From NCBI RefSeq assembly GCF_964355755.1, contig NC_092674.1:248001-312000 (forward strand): a DNA stretch of 64,000 nucleotides, written 5' to 3'. Numbering within the stretch: the first letter of the stretch is position 1; the number at the start of each line of letters is the position of its first letter. The translations under genes and the position numbers were made by a program. The DNA comes from Antedon mediterranea (Eukaryota; Animalia; Echinodermata). The notes beneath the pieces were generated by a model. The model was not told the origin of the DNA. It searched no databases and saw only the letters and a program-made list of their open reading frames with translations. Positions 51,801 through 64,000 of the stretch are shown here, one piece after another.

Positions 51801-54800
51801 TAGTAAATAAGAATATGTTCTTTAATTTTACAGGTAAATTTTGACCCAGAGACTTTTTTCAATGTGTTGCTGCCACCAATAATATTTTATGCAGGATACA
51901 GTCTTAAGAGAGTAAGTTACTTCTGTTTCTTTCTTAGCAATAGCAATGTTTTACTGTCACATGTTTGGCTTATTTGTTGTTGCTACATTATTTATTGTAA
52001 ATATGCTTTGTTCCCACTCTTCCCTGTTGTTACTAAACAATTTTCGTTTTAAATTTCAGCGTCATTTTTTCCGGAATCTTGGCTCTATCATGATGTATGC
52101 ATTTCTTGGGACTTGTATTTCATGTTTTGTTGTTGGGTAAGTAATAGTTATATCAATGCTGTGTAATTTCTTGACATTTATTAGGCATATTCTTGCAATC
52201 ATAAACAAGTTTACAATAGTTAAACATCATTTTGGCTTGTTTCAATAGGGGTATAATGTACGTATTTGTAGTGAAACTTATTCAGATTGAGAACTTTAAT
52301 ATCCAGGATTGCTTTTTATTTGGAGCTATCATCTCAGCCACAGACCCAGGTGAGTATGTCATAGGTCACCTCAACTACTTTTCGTTCCTCTCATCTCCTG
52401 ATCTGATTCTATGTAATGCCACCTGATGTATGAGGTGTACTGTAGATGTATAATCTTAAAAAGTGTAAATGTACAGGTTTTTTTCTTCTCTAAATTATGA
52501 ATAAAAATGTCTTCTTTGCAGTTACTGTACTAGCTGTGTTCCATGACTTGCACGTTGACATGGATATGTATATATTAGTGTTTGGAGAAAGTGTTTTAAA
52601 TGATGCAGTTGCTATTGTGCTTTCAAGGTAATTAGTATGTGAGTTAGTAAAAAGGGGATGAAATAATATTTATAATTGATTACAATTTAGAAAGCTAATG
52701 AAAATAACATTCTTAATTGATTAATTGTTCTTTTTCCCAACTTAATTTCAATCAATAAGCCACCCTTGTTTTCATGTTAGCCTTGTTATTTTCTGTATAC
52801 CCTAATATTGTAAACTCTAAATTATCTCTTTTTTGTAGAACGGTTACAGAATTTAAAGACAGCAGTTTCACAGCAGGTGCTTTCTTCAGTTCTCTAGGAG
52901 TTTTCTTTGGAGTTTTTATTGGGTCTTTTGCCATCGGTGCTTTGCTAGGCTGTTTCACAGCTCTTATATCCTTTATGATTCCTGCTGAGGTCAGTCATAT
53001 GGCAAAATTGAGTCTGTCTCTCTAATAACCTTACATTTGGAAATGCAATCAGTTGGAATTAGTCTATTAGGATTGAACCAGTAAATATGTTTACATATTT
53101 AAGGGGGTTCAATTGATATTTTGTTTTCACTTTCCTAATATATGCATTATAAATATATTAAAGGATCTAATTGACTATTAACATAGTACCTACCTATCAT
53201 ACATTTTTGTGGAGCTTGTAAAGGATTTGACAAGCATATATTGTATTCTGCACCATTAATTATTATAGTCACTTAGCTAAAAATGATATATTTTACTTAA
53301 CTGTCAATGTTTACCTAACTAAATTCACCAAAGTGCGTGAATTTCCTCTTCTGGAAACAGCTCTCTTTTTCATCATGTCATACAGCTCTTACCTGATGGC
53401 AGAGGCAGCACAATTAACAGGCAAGTTACAGCCAACAGGATTTCACAGCCAACATTCAAATTACACTAACTACAATATGTTTAAACAATAGGGAATGAAA
53501 TATTCTTGTGTTTTTTCAATAGGAATTGTTTCAATTTTATTCTGTGGAGTAACACAAGCACATTACACATATAATAACTTATCTGAGGAGTCAAAGAGAA
53601 GGACAAGAGAGGTAACATTTTAATTTTTTTTTAGAAAAAATCAGTTTATTCCACATTTTAAAACAATTACCTTTTTGGTACAATGGCTATGATTGTCAAA
53701 TACATATTTGTTTTCAACATTAGAAATAAGATTAGCCTGTTTCACCAGAAAGCCCACTACTGTACATAAATTCCTGAAATAATGTTGTGTTTTTTTTTTC
53801 AGTTATTTGAGTTGTTAAATTTCCTAGCTGAGAACTTTATCTTTTCTTATATGGGAATATCCATGTTCAACAAGAACAATCAACAGTTTAACATCTTGTT
53901 TGTATTATCGGCTTTTGTATCCTTTTTTGTGTTTGTTAAAAAGATTATATTTTATCCAATTGTTCTCGGGTTAATAAGCTATATATTGATTTAAGCATGG
54001 AGAAATAACTTACTTGAATTAAGTACAGATGCTTATTTATCCTTAACACTGGTGTTCCAGCTTGCCATAATATTAGGCCGTTTGTGTAATATTTATCCAT
54101 TATCATTTTTACTAAATTTGGGTCGAAAAAAAAAAATAGGAATGAACATCCAACATATGCTAATGTTTTCAGGTATGTTACTGTTGTTGTTGCTGTATGT
54201 TATTGATATTGAGGAGCGAGTGGAATACCAAAGTATACATACTTAATATTGTTGATATTGAGGAATGGAGTACCTATTACATACCTACCTGCGGTATACC
54301 TGATGTTTAAATAACAGCCACTATGGACTGTTGCCCCAAATTGTTATACACAATCAAATTGTTACCGTTACAACCTACTTATCTTCTTGATCTTCTTCCC
54401 TGCTACACCCGTCTTGCTTGTCTTACGACTGATCAAAACCTACTGGTTGTTCCTAGAATAAACACCAACACTTTTATTTTCTCTGCTGATTCTCTCCTTC
54501 GACATATTACTAAATCAGCATCTATTGCTAATTTTAAAAAAGAACTTAAAACGTATCTTTTTAACATTATATGTTATATTATAGGTTTACGTGGTGCTAT
54601 AGCATTTGCATTAGCTATTCGTAACACAGCTTCAGAAAGCAGACAGTTGATGTTGAATGCTACTCTTATCATTGTATTAATAACCGTTATATTTTGTGGA
54701 GGATTGTCAACACAAATGTTAGCTTGGCTTAAAATCAGGTATGACACATTTTTAATTTGCAATTCTTTTTTTTTCACTTGTAAAGATTAATTATTGATAG

Positions 54801-56036
54801 AAAACCAATGTATTTGGTGATTAATTTTACCCAATTTTTCTTTTTTTTTCAGAGTTGGTGTTGAAGATGATGATGAACAACAAGGACACCATGTAGATTC
54901 AGTAAGTATGATACTTAAAAAGTGTAAGTATGATACTTACATTCAAGGGATTTCAAAACACAGTGGTGTGCTATTTGTTTTTATTTAACATCTTATGTTG
55001 ACAAATCTATGCTATGTTGACAAATCAATTAATAAAACATACTGTATAAGGAAGAACTATAATTGAACTTGGCTTTGAACCATCTAAATATTTCTTTTTA
55101 AAATATTTCCAAAAATAAGTGGATTAACTTTTCATGTATTGTCTCAAAACAGGGTACAATAGAACATCAGTTGCATCGTCAACGGCAAAAAGAGAAACAA
55201 GCTAAGATAGTTGCTCTGTGGTATGAATTTGACTTTAAGTATCCTTTTCTGATCAATGTAATGTTTAGTTATGACACGGATGTTTTTCTAGTAAGAATTT
55301 GTTTTCGAATTAATTTGTATAAAACACTTTAACCTTACTAATTAGCTAATTCTTTTACCATCTGCAAAAGATGTCCTTTGTGAAAACCTTTGCAGTTTGG
55401 TAACTTTACTACTGCTACTATAAACTGGAAAATTATTATTTTTTTGTTGAACCAAATAATACATACACAAATGGTATAAACACCTTTAGTGATGTTTCGT
55501 TGACATACTGTGAACTTCTTCAAACTACTGTTTGGAATAGTCTGTACAGTCTGGGAGACGCTGTGTAGTACCACCAGTAGTCTTGTTGTTGCTACTATGT
55601 TTACTATGTGCTCCTTAACTTTTATGAAGATATATGAAACCAATTTTTACAAATAAAGGAGCAGACTTGAGAGAAACGTTACCAGCATGCTGTCTACCAG
55701 TAGCACACTGTCTTATAAAACAGGTAAACAATTAATTAAAAAAAATTGAAATAACAGTTTTGAGTTTTGAGATAGGTATGAAAGATGAACTAGAACTGAT
55801 ACAAAAGCACACACTTCATTTGCATAATTAATATTTTTTAGGATGAAATGATCGTAGAAGACAGCGACACAGATTTTATATTATCGGAAGATGATATTGC
55901 ACCAACTGACTCTAATCAAGACACTCCTTCAGACACATTACCAGAAGATGATGCTGCTCTTGATGGTGACCTTGGGTTAGGAGCAACTAAACTGCAAGGG
56001 ATTCCACCAATGCCTAGCCAGCAAACTATTATATGA
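47930..56036 (+). CDS. Endosomal Na+/H+ exchanger, SLC9A6/7/9 (NHE6/7/9)-type, 16 coding exons
   Basis: [86 protein letters not shown]. Exons 47930-48179, 51469-51686, 51834-51911, 52060-52136, 52249-52349, 52522-52627, 52839-52965, 53315-53420, 53523-53611, 53803-53916, 54061-54172, 54585-54738, 54853-54901, 55153-55238, 55630-55723, 55842-56036. Confidence 0.94.
48276..49310. mobile_element. Ginger-like non-autonomous DNA element in NHE intron 1
   Basis: TGTCAC...GTGACA termini, exact 4-bp TSD GAGG (48272-48275 / 49311-49314), subterminal GGTCCGGCCGGAC..TTTTGGC repeats at both ends. Confidence 0.7.
50203..51245. repeat. 43-bp minisatellite, ~24 copies, in NHE intron 1
   Basis: Unit TTTCAATCAAATAATATGAAACGAAGACTAGTGCTATTTGCAC; two units carry a 5-bp CAGTA insertion. 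Confidence 0.96.
52966..53314 (+). other. U12-type AT-AC intron in NHE gene
   Basis: Donor ATATCCTTT, branch TTTTACTTAAC, terminal AC; joins FTAL|LTKFTK in frame. Confidence 0.9.
53421..53522 (+). other. GC-AG intron in NHE gene
   Basis: CAG|GCAAGT donor; joins QLTG|IVSILFCG in frame. Confidence 0.85.
53917..54060 (+). other. U12-type GT-AG intron in NHE gene
   Basis: Donor GTATCCTTT, branch TCCTTAAC 13 nt before intron end; joins SAF|LAII. Confidence 0.9.
54290..54560 (+). mobile_element. Degraded L2-like LINE 3' remnant in NHE intron
   Basis: Reading PTYLLDLL...LLVVPRINT...[16 protein letters not shown] resembles LINE ORF2 C-termini. Confidence 0.45.
55239..55629 (+). other. U12-type GT-AG intron in NHE gene
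   Basis: Donor GTATCCTTT, branch CTCCTTAAC ~10 nt before intron end; joins WYEFDF-K|YMKPIFT. Confidence 0.88.
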
Positions 56037-58226
56037 AAGCCATTTTTATGAAATTATCAGAAGATGATTCTGCTCTTGATGGTTACCTTGGGTTAGGAGC
56101 AACTAAACTACAAGGGATTCCACCAATGCCTAGCCAGCAAACTATTATATGAAAGCCATTTTTATGAAATTATCAGAAGATGATTCTGCTCTTGATGGTG
56201 ACCTTGGGTTAGGAGCAACTAAACTACAAGGGATTCCACCAATGCCTAGCCAGCAAACTATTATATGAAAGCCATTTTTATGAAATTACCAGAAGATGAT
56301 TCTGCTCTTGATGGTGACCTTGGGTTTGGAGCAACTAAACTACAAGGGATTCCACCAATGCCTAGCCAGCAAACTATTATATGAAAGCCATTTTTATGAA
56401 ATTACCAGAAGATGATTCTGCTCTTGATGGTGACCTTGGGTTTGGAGCAACTAAACTACAAGGGATTCCACCAATGCCTAGCCAGCAAACTATTATATGA
56501 AAGCCATTTTTATGAAATTACCAGAAGATGATTCTGCTCTTGATGGTGACCTTGGGTTGGAGCAACTAAACTACAAGGGATTCCACCAATGCCTAGCCAG
56601 CAAACTATTATATGAAAGCCATTTTTATGAAATTACCAGAAGATGATTCTGCTCTTGATGGTGACCTTGGGTTAGGAGCAACTAAACTACAAGGGATTCC
56701 ACCAATGCCTAGCCAGCAAACTATTATATGAAAGCCATTTTTATGAAATTACCAGAAGATGATTCTGCTCTTGATGGTGACCTTGGGTTTGGAGCAACTA
56801 AACTACAAGGGATTCCACCAATGCCTAGCCAGCAAACTATTATATGAAAGCCATTTTTATGAAATTACCAGAAGATGATTCTGCTCTTGATGGTGACCTT
56901 GGGTTAGGAGCAACTAAACTGCAAGGGATTCCACCAATGCCTAGCCAGCAAACTATTATATGAAAGCCATTTTTATGAAATTACCAGAAGATGATTCTGC
57001 TCTTGATGGTGACCTTGGGTTAGGAGCAACTAAACTGCAAGGGATTCCACCAATGCCTAGCCAGCAAACTATTATATGAAAGCCATTTTTATGAAATTAT
57101 CAGAAGATGATTCTGCTCTTGATGGTGACCTTGGGTTTGGAGCAACTAAACTGCAAGGGATTCCACCAATGCCTAGCCAGCAAACTATTATATGAAAGCC
57201 ATTTTTATGAAATTACCAGAAGATGATTCTGCTCTTGATGGTGACCTTGGGTTTGGAGCAACTAAACTGCAAGGGATTCCACCAATGCCTAGCCAGCAAA
57301 CTATTATATGAAAGCCATTTTTATGAAATTACCAGAAGATGATTCTGCTCTTGATGGTGACCTTGGGTTTGGAGCAACTAAACTACAAGGGATTCCACCA
57401 ATGCCTAGCCAGCAAACTATTATATGAAAGCCATTTTTATGAAATTACCAGAAGATGATTCTGCTCTTGATGGTGACCTTGGGTTTGGAGCAACTAAACT
57501 ACAAGGGATTCCACCAATGCCTAGCCAGCAAACTATTATATGAAAGCCATTTTTATGAAATTACCAGAAGATGATTCTGCTCTTGATGGTGACCTTGGGT
57601 TTGGAGCAACTAAACTACAAGGGATTCCACCAATGCCTAGCCAGCAAACTATTATATGAAAGCCATTTTTATGAAATTACCAGAAGATGATTCTGCTCTT
57701 GATGGTGACCTTGGGTTTGGAGCAACTAAACTGCAAGGGATTCCACCAATGCCTAGCCAGCAAACTATTATATGAAAGCCATTTTTATGAAATTACCAGA
57801 AGATGATTCTGCTCTTGATGGTGACCTTGGGTTAGGAGCAACTAAACTACAAGGGATTCCACCAATGCCTAGCCAGCAAACTATTATATGAAAGCCATTT
57901 TTATGAAATTACCAGAAGATGATTCTGCTCTTGATGGTGACCTTGGGTTAGGAGCAACTAAACTGCAAGGGATTCCACCAATGCCTAGCCAGCAAACTAT
58001 TATATGAAAGCCATTTTTATGAAATTACCAGAAGATGATTCTGCTCTTGATGGTGACCTTGGGTTAGGAGCAACTAAACTACAAGGGATTCCACCAATGC
58101 CTAGCCAGCAAACTATTATATGAAAGCCATTTTTATGAAATTATCAGAAGATGATTCTGCTCTTGATGGTGACCTTGGGTTTGGAGCAACTAAACTACAA
58201 GGGATTCCACCAATGCCTAGCCAGCA
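55937..58226. repeat. 116-bp tandem repeat, ~20 copies, made of the last ~32 NHE codons, stop codon and 16 nt of 3'UTR
   Basis: Copy 1 encodes [35 protein letters not shown]; later copies nearly identical. Confidence 0.97.
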
Positions 58227-58302
58227 TTGTTATTATAAATTGTCTTTTCTTCCAAGTCTACGATAATAATATGCTGAATCTGTTTTTTCTTTTTACAAAC
58301 AT

Positions 58303-58637
58303 GAACTTAGTAACTAATCTTAGTAACTAAACTTGGTAACTAAACTTAGTAACTAACTAAACTTAGTAACTAACTAAACTTTGTAACTAACTAAACTTTG
58401 TAACTAACTAAACTTAGTAACTAACTAAACTTAGTAACTAACTAAACTTAGTAACTAACTAAACTTAGTAACTAAACTTGGTAACTAAACTTGGTAACTA
58501 AACTTAGTAACTAACTAAACTTAGTAACTAACTAAACTTAATAACTAACTAAACTTAACTAACTAAACTTAGTAACGAACTAAACTTAGTAACGAACTAA
58601 ACTTAGTAACTAACTAAACTAACTAAACTTAGTAACT
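58303..58637. repeat. 13/17-bp tandem repeat (AACTAAACTTAGT with optional AACT)
   Basis: Directly visible. Confidence 0.92.
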
Positions 58638-60346
58638 ATCCATAAGCCCAATTTTTTACAGTTGTTACATTTACAAATCAAAATATTTCTGATCCGATGA
58701 CTTTAGTGTATTCACAATATATATTCAATAATTCTTGATATTCATATTTGTAATATACGATATTATTTGAGTTATGCATTATTATTACCATAATATACTA
58801 TATAGTTATATATATATATATATCTATTAATAAATTGTCGTTATTAATTTACAGTACTTATTATTAGATGTTAAGATTAGGTATGTATTCAGAAATTATA
58901 TTTGTATATATTCTTGTATTATTTTTATATGTAGTTAATAAAATTAATATCATTTTGATTTTATTATATGTATGTTTTTAAAGTATGTGTGTTATGAGAG
59001 GATCTACTTAGTCGATGTTTAAATTTTAATTTACCGATAATTTTCTTTTTATGACCTCTTGTTTTCTTCAATATTTATTGAAGTCATATTTTTGCTGCTG
59101 AATATAGAATGTAGAAGTACCAAACATTGTGATTATTTTCAGGTTTATTTTATCCATTTTTTGTGTACATTTGTATTGCAGCATATAGGGTATAAGAAAT
59201 ATTATAGCAAACACAATTTTGAAATTGACTAATAAATTTAAAAAGCTGAAACCTTTTATTGGTTAGATATTCCAATAGTTGGAAATACAATATTGTTGTG
59301 TTTTGTCAATGTTTATTACAATCAAATTGTAGACATTATGGATGTATAAATCGATGTAAATGATCAAATACGAAATCAATTTTAATATTAAAGTTCATGT
59401 ACAATATACAATGTCAACACAAATATAATTATATTGTCCCTTGAACAAAAATTATTTAAAACATTTGTTGTTCATATGCCGGTTTATCGTTACATATATT
59501 CTTTGACCAAAAATTGAATCGAAAACAAAATTATCTGGAAAATGAAAGTATTCAACGCGCATTATGTTGAAGAAGTCACTGTTTTACTGTTTACTACAGA
59601 TGTAGACAATGTTTTGGTTATAAAGTTGGTTTCACCTTCACTTTTTTTTAGTATCCCAACACGTTGCTAAATTAATTGCCGCCGGCGTTCCCCGTTTTTT
59701 TAAATAACGTAACGTTTAAACAGCTTTGTTAATCAAAGCCAATAAGTTAAAATTACAATATTTAGAGGTGATTATTCTAGATTTTATTGGTATTTGTTAC
59801 TGTAGAAAAGCAAGAATGGTGATATTGCACAAAATGAATCAACTTATTTTATGTTTAAGGTCTATAATGTCATACTTTATACAGTTATAACCTATTAAGA
59901 AGTTGGCAATAAATGTTATTTTATACAGGTTTTATAACCATAAATATGTCCATGTTTGATAATATTACTAAAAGTTGTAATTGTTTGCAAATGAATATTA
60001 AAAAAGTAAAAGATAAAACACTATAGGCCTAGTTTAGATGTCATTCATATTTTGTGAGGTACGTTGTAGGCCTCTCACAATTAATCATCTCATTACATTT
60101 GAAATTTAATAATTAGATCATTATGTGTATTAATATGTTTATATCTAGTTTTATAGGCTTTTATTTCGATTATATTGAACAATTCAATCATTCCAGCAAG
60201 GTTGAGGTGTTCAGTGTGCGTACCTTGATAAACGATTTTTGAACTAAAAATGTCCTACTTAAATTAATGTATAGTCATTCTGGACTGTGTAGTGACTGAG
60301 AATGTGAAGTTCTAAAAACGATAAATACCACGAGTCCGTACGCATT

Positions 60347-62433
60347 TATGGCGCGCCAAGCTGTCATTTATTCGGAAATAAAGATATCTTAGTTTAAAAC
60401 TAAGATATCTTAGTTTAAAACTAAGATATCTCTATTAATAGAGATATCTCTATTAAAAACTAAGATATCTCTATTAAAAACTAAGATATCTCTATTTAAA
60501 ACTAAGATATCTTAGTTTTTAATAGAGATATCTCTATTAATAGAGATATCTTTATTAATAGAGATATCTCTATTAAAAACTAAGATATCTTAGTTTTAAA
60601 TAGAGATATCTTAGTTTTTAATAGAGATATCTTAGTTTTTAATAGAGATATCTCTATTAATAGAGATATCTCTATTAATAGAGATATTTCTATTTAAAAC
60701 TAAGATATCTCTATTAAAAACTAAGATATCTTAGTTTTTTAAAGAGATATCTCTATTAACAGAGATATCTCTATTTAAAACTAAGATATCTCTATTTAAA
60801 ACTAAGATATCTCTATTAATAGAGATATCTTAGTTTTGTTTCCGGTTCAGTGTTTTATGGGTAATACGATTTTCCATCTGTGACTGAGGTAAGGTCAAGT
60901 TCCTATATTGTTAACATCGCAGTCCCAGTTGTAATATAGAGGCTATAATGAAATAAAATGGAACAGAGGCAGAAACAGAATGTTTCAGAAAAAAATGATG
61001 AGGCTTATAATGAGCACATAAACACTTTCCATAAAGATAAAAACCATTGTATTTGATCACTATTTAATTATGGATGATAGAAGTTTCTATGTACAATTTT
61101 GAATAAGTTTTCGTGAATTGTGAATGATAAAACAAAATTGAAATACCTTATTCTTATTTATCTGGTTCGCGGTCAATGCCTAGAAAATTGTTTATAAAAT
61201 ACGTGTTATTCCAGGTACAATCAGTGGGGAGGAGTAGAAGATGTAGATGAACAATTGTTATCTCCATGTTTGTAAAACGAAAAATAAATTTAAACGTGAA
61301 CACGTCGATACTCATTGCAATGAAACCGACTGTCGTCCTTTTGAGCGGTCTTATTTTATACAATATACTATTAATCGGAAAGGGAAAAAATACTATTTCG
61401 GAGAGAGCGCACCACATATTTATTAATTATTTATTTCGTTTTCTTTCAGTAGGGTAGCCCTCTCAGAAATAATATAAAAACTGCTCTTCCGATCCCGAGG
61501 GGCTCTACGACATGCACATTTCGTTTTCTTATAGTAGTGTAGCCCTCTCAATCAGTAATAATATAACAAAGTTTATGATGTCGATCCGTGTCCCTTTTCA
61601 CTTCTTTGCTAGATTTTTAACCTTCAAAGGCTCGGTATAACTATAAGAAGAGTTCACATCCCTTGGATCTGCCTTTTAATGATGCATGTTAAATGCATGC
61701 AACGTTTAGTACTTTTGTACAGTATTACAGCTCGAAACTCCACGAAATTAATACAGTACAACATCGGCTCCCCATCGGCTCTCAACAATTTAATTATAGT
61801 ATTTTTCAGTTTTTGTAGCACTGTAGCTTATACCTGTTTGACCTAGAAATCAACAACTATAAACACCTTGGTGGGATGTCCCTAATGGGTCATTAATCTT
61901 CCATTCTCAATGACACACTTCCACCACATTCACAACTATACCATTCCCTACATACTTTGCAACAGGAAACAAAACTAAGATATCTCTATTAATAGAGATA
62001 TCTCTATTAATAGAGATATCTCTATTAATAGAGATATCTTAGTTTTTAATAGAGATATCTTAGTTTTTAATAGAGATATCTCTATTAATAGAGATATCTC
62101 TATTAACTAAGATATCTCTATTAAAAACTAAGATATCTCTATTTAAAACTAAGATATCTTAGTTTTTAATAGAGATATCTCTATTAATAGAGATATCTCT
62201 ATTAATAGAGATATCTCTATTTAAAACTAAGATATCTTAGTTTTTAATAGATATCTTAGTTTTTAATAGAGATATCTTAGTTTTAAATAGAGATATCTCT
62301 GTTAATAGAGATATCTCTATTAATAGAGATATCTCTATTTAAAACTAAGATATCTCTATTTAAAACTAAGATATCTTTTTTAAAAACTAAGATATCTCTA
62401 TTGCTTGAATAAATGGCAGCTTGGCGCGCCATA
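60347..62433. mobile_element. IS3EU-like non-autonomous element with palindromic subterminal arrays
   Basis: TIR TATGGCGCGCCAAGCTG.CATTTATTC / GAATAAATGGCAGCTTGGCGCGCCATA, exact 6-bp TSD CGCATT (60341-60346 / 62434-62439); GATATC-centred arrays at ~60380-60837 and ~61971-62402. Confidence 0.75.
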
Positions 62434-62723
62434 CGCATTATCGTAACTATGGTTTTTGACTCAATTATTTCACACACGCTCAATTAAAATGCTGCCACGG
62501 CCCAATGATTCCGGAGTAGTTTAAAGGTCAAACTTTTAATGTGTATAATAATATCAGCACCAGGCACTCAAGGCGTTTCATAGTACTGTACTCTCAAAGG
62601 ATTAAATGATTTATAGCATGGAAGTGATCATGAAAACAAGGAGTTCAGCAAGTACGTACGTACTGCATATAACCATGGCGGATGATATAACAATTCCCGC
62701 ATAATGCAAGAACTGTTTAAAGC

Positions 62724-64000
62724 ATGACTGTGTTGTGGAAATGTATTGTACCTTGTTTGTTTGTATCTTGTATTGTACTATTATATATAAGCTACTACGA
62801 TGGCACTACTTACTGGGGAAAGTCAATTATAAGACGTAGACCAAATATTTGTGTTACCAATTGCCGACACCAACCAGGAATTGGCGTAAGTATGCCTGTG
62901 ACTGTTTCGTCTATGATTAACAAACATTACCATGACTCACCGCAGAATAAGGAATTTCGATCTAATTACAGATCAAATTATAGACAAAGGGATTCCCTGA
63001 TAATGTTATTGGTATTATCCGTATTTTTCGCTCGCTGAGGCGCGGCGATCTAAACATGCTAATAATAGTTTATAGGCCATATTGCTTTCTAAAATGCCGC
63101 TAATTCTAATAATAGCTGAAGCCTATGGAAGTTATGGAACGCAAATTGTGGTGATAATAGGCATTATTTTAGGCCTACAGCACTAAATAAATGATACTGT
63201 AATTGAAACGCCGTGGCTGACGGTTCGGTTAGCCGTCGTGGGTATAGTCTGTAAAATACAAATATATTGTAGCAACAATAGTTGGATCTGAATCTTATTT
63301 AAAACTAAAGCCGAATTTCTACAGTAAAGCGAATTTGTTCGCGTGAATCGAAAGCGTCATCTTATACGCATGTGTAGAAAGGGATTTGGAAGGATGCGCA
63401 TGTGTAAGCTAAACATGTGGCATACAATAGAGTGACAATTGTGAAGAATTCCTCTAATTAGAGGATGGAAGTTATCTTGATATTCATGATCATCTCAAAC
63501 TTTGGACGATCACTAAAATAAACTTTTTTTTTCTATAGAAAGCTTTATCATGTTCTTTTCCGGTGCAAAAAATAGTTTTTGCAAAAACTCACAAGACAGC
63601 CAGTTCTACAGTAGCATCTATTATAGACAGATATGCCCTCAACCATCAATTGTCCGCGCCCGTCAGAGGTAACCTACTTGTCCACATTTCCAACTGTTTT
63701 CATTTTAAACACACCTTTATTTCGCCATCACATAAACTCGATATATTTAGTTCACATGTTCGTTATGATCATAAAGAGTTTGAATTAGCAATCCCTGGAG
63801 CGAAGCATGTTACAATCCTCAGAAATCCTATTGCACAATTTGAATCCGCATTTTCTTTCTTTAACGTTGCTAATCAGCTCAATATTTCAAATTTCACAAA
63901 TCCAATTGAAATATTTTTCGTCAAGCCTGATGAATACATCAACCACCGATTCTTTAGGTGGGAGACAGTGCATAATCATCAGTTATTTGACCTTGGATTT
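62724..64000 (+). CDS. Galactose-3-O-sulfotransferase (GAL3ST family), 5' part, runs off the window
   Basis: Exon 62724-62885 with type II TM anchor and GGC|GTAAGT donor; exon from 63539 reads KIVFAKTHKTASSTV (5'-PSB) and TILRNPIAQFESAFSFF (3'-PB). Confidence 0.88.

Noticed and set aside
55330-55348. Alternative U12 acceptor (AACCTTACTAATTAG) that would truncate NHE right after the junction
   Set aside because: Branch site deviates from CCTTRAC and a better site exists at 55611-55629; unsupported without RNA data.

Overview
AT-rich, intron-dense animal genomic DNA (invertebrate metazoan; a deuterostome such as an echinoderm is plausible but only inferred). Six spliced protein-coding genes lie on the + strand: RAD54B (12101-27118), a lysosomal/prostatic-type histidine acid phosphatase (31694-35059), ERICH6/FAM194 (37984-43123), a CFAP97-domain gene (44206-46024), an endosomal Na+/H+ exchanger of the SLC9A6/7/9 type (47930-56036) and the 5' part of a galactose-3-O-sulfotransferase (62724 to window end). 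A two-exon soluble guanylate cyclase beta pseudogene fragment lies on the - strand. Mobile DNA includes a near-fully palindromic Academ-like element, two IS3EU-like non-autonomous elements, Mutator-, Ginger- and Harbinger-like MITEs, a Helentron-like element carrying a tRNA-like cassette, and a CR1/L2-group LINE. The most striking observations are: (1) repeated tandem amplification of gene punctuation marks (a splice donor x~53, a stop codon x~20, another donor x2, an acceptor x2); (2) a candidate UGA-C readthrough that would append a YxxPhi sorting motif to the acid phosphatase; (3) a telomeric-repeat-bracketed 30-nt insert identical to sequence 3.7 kb away; (4) a candidate 6-nt microexon; (5) four U12-type introns; (6) a 19-bp insertion with inverted ends and a 7-bp target duplication. 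All exon models were read by eye and need RNA evidence; family assignments come from recalled motifs, not database searches.
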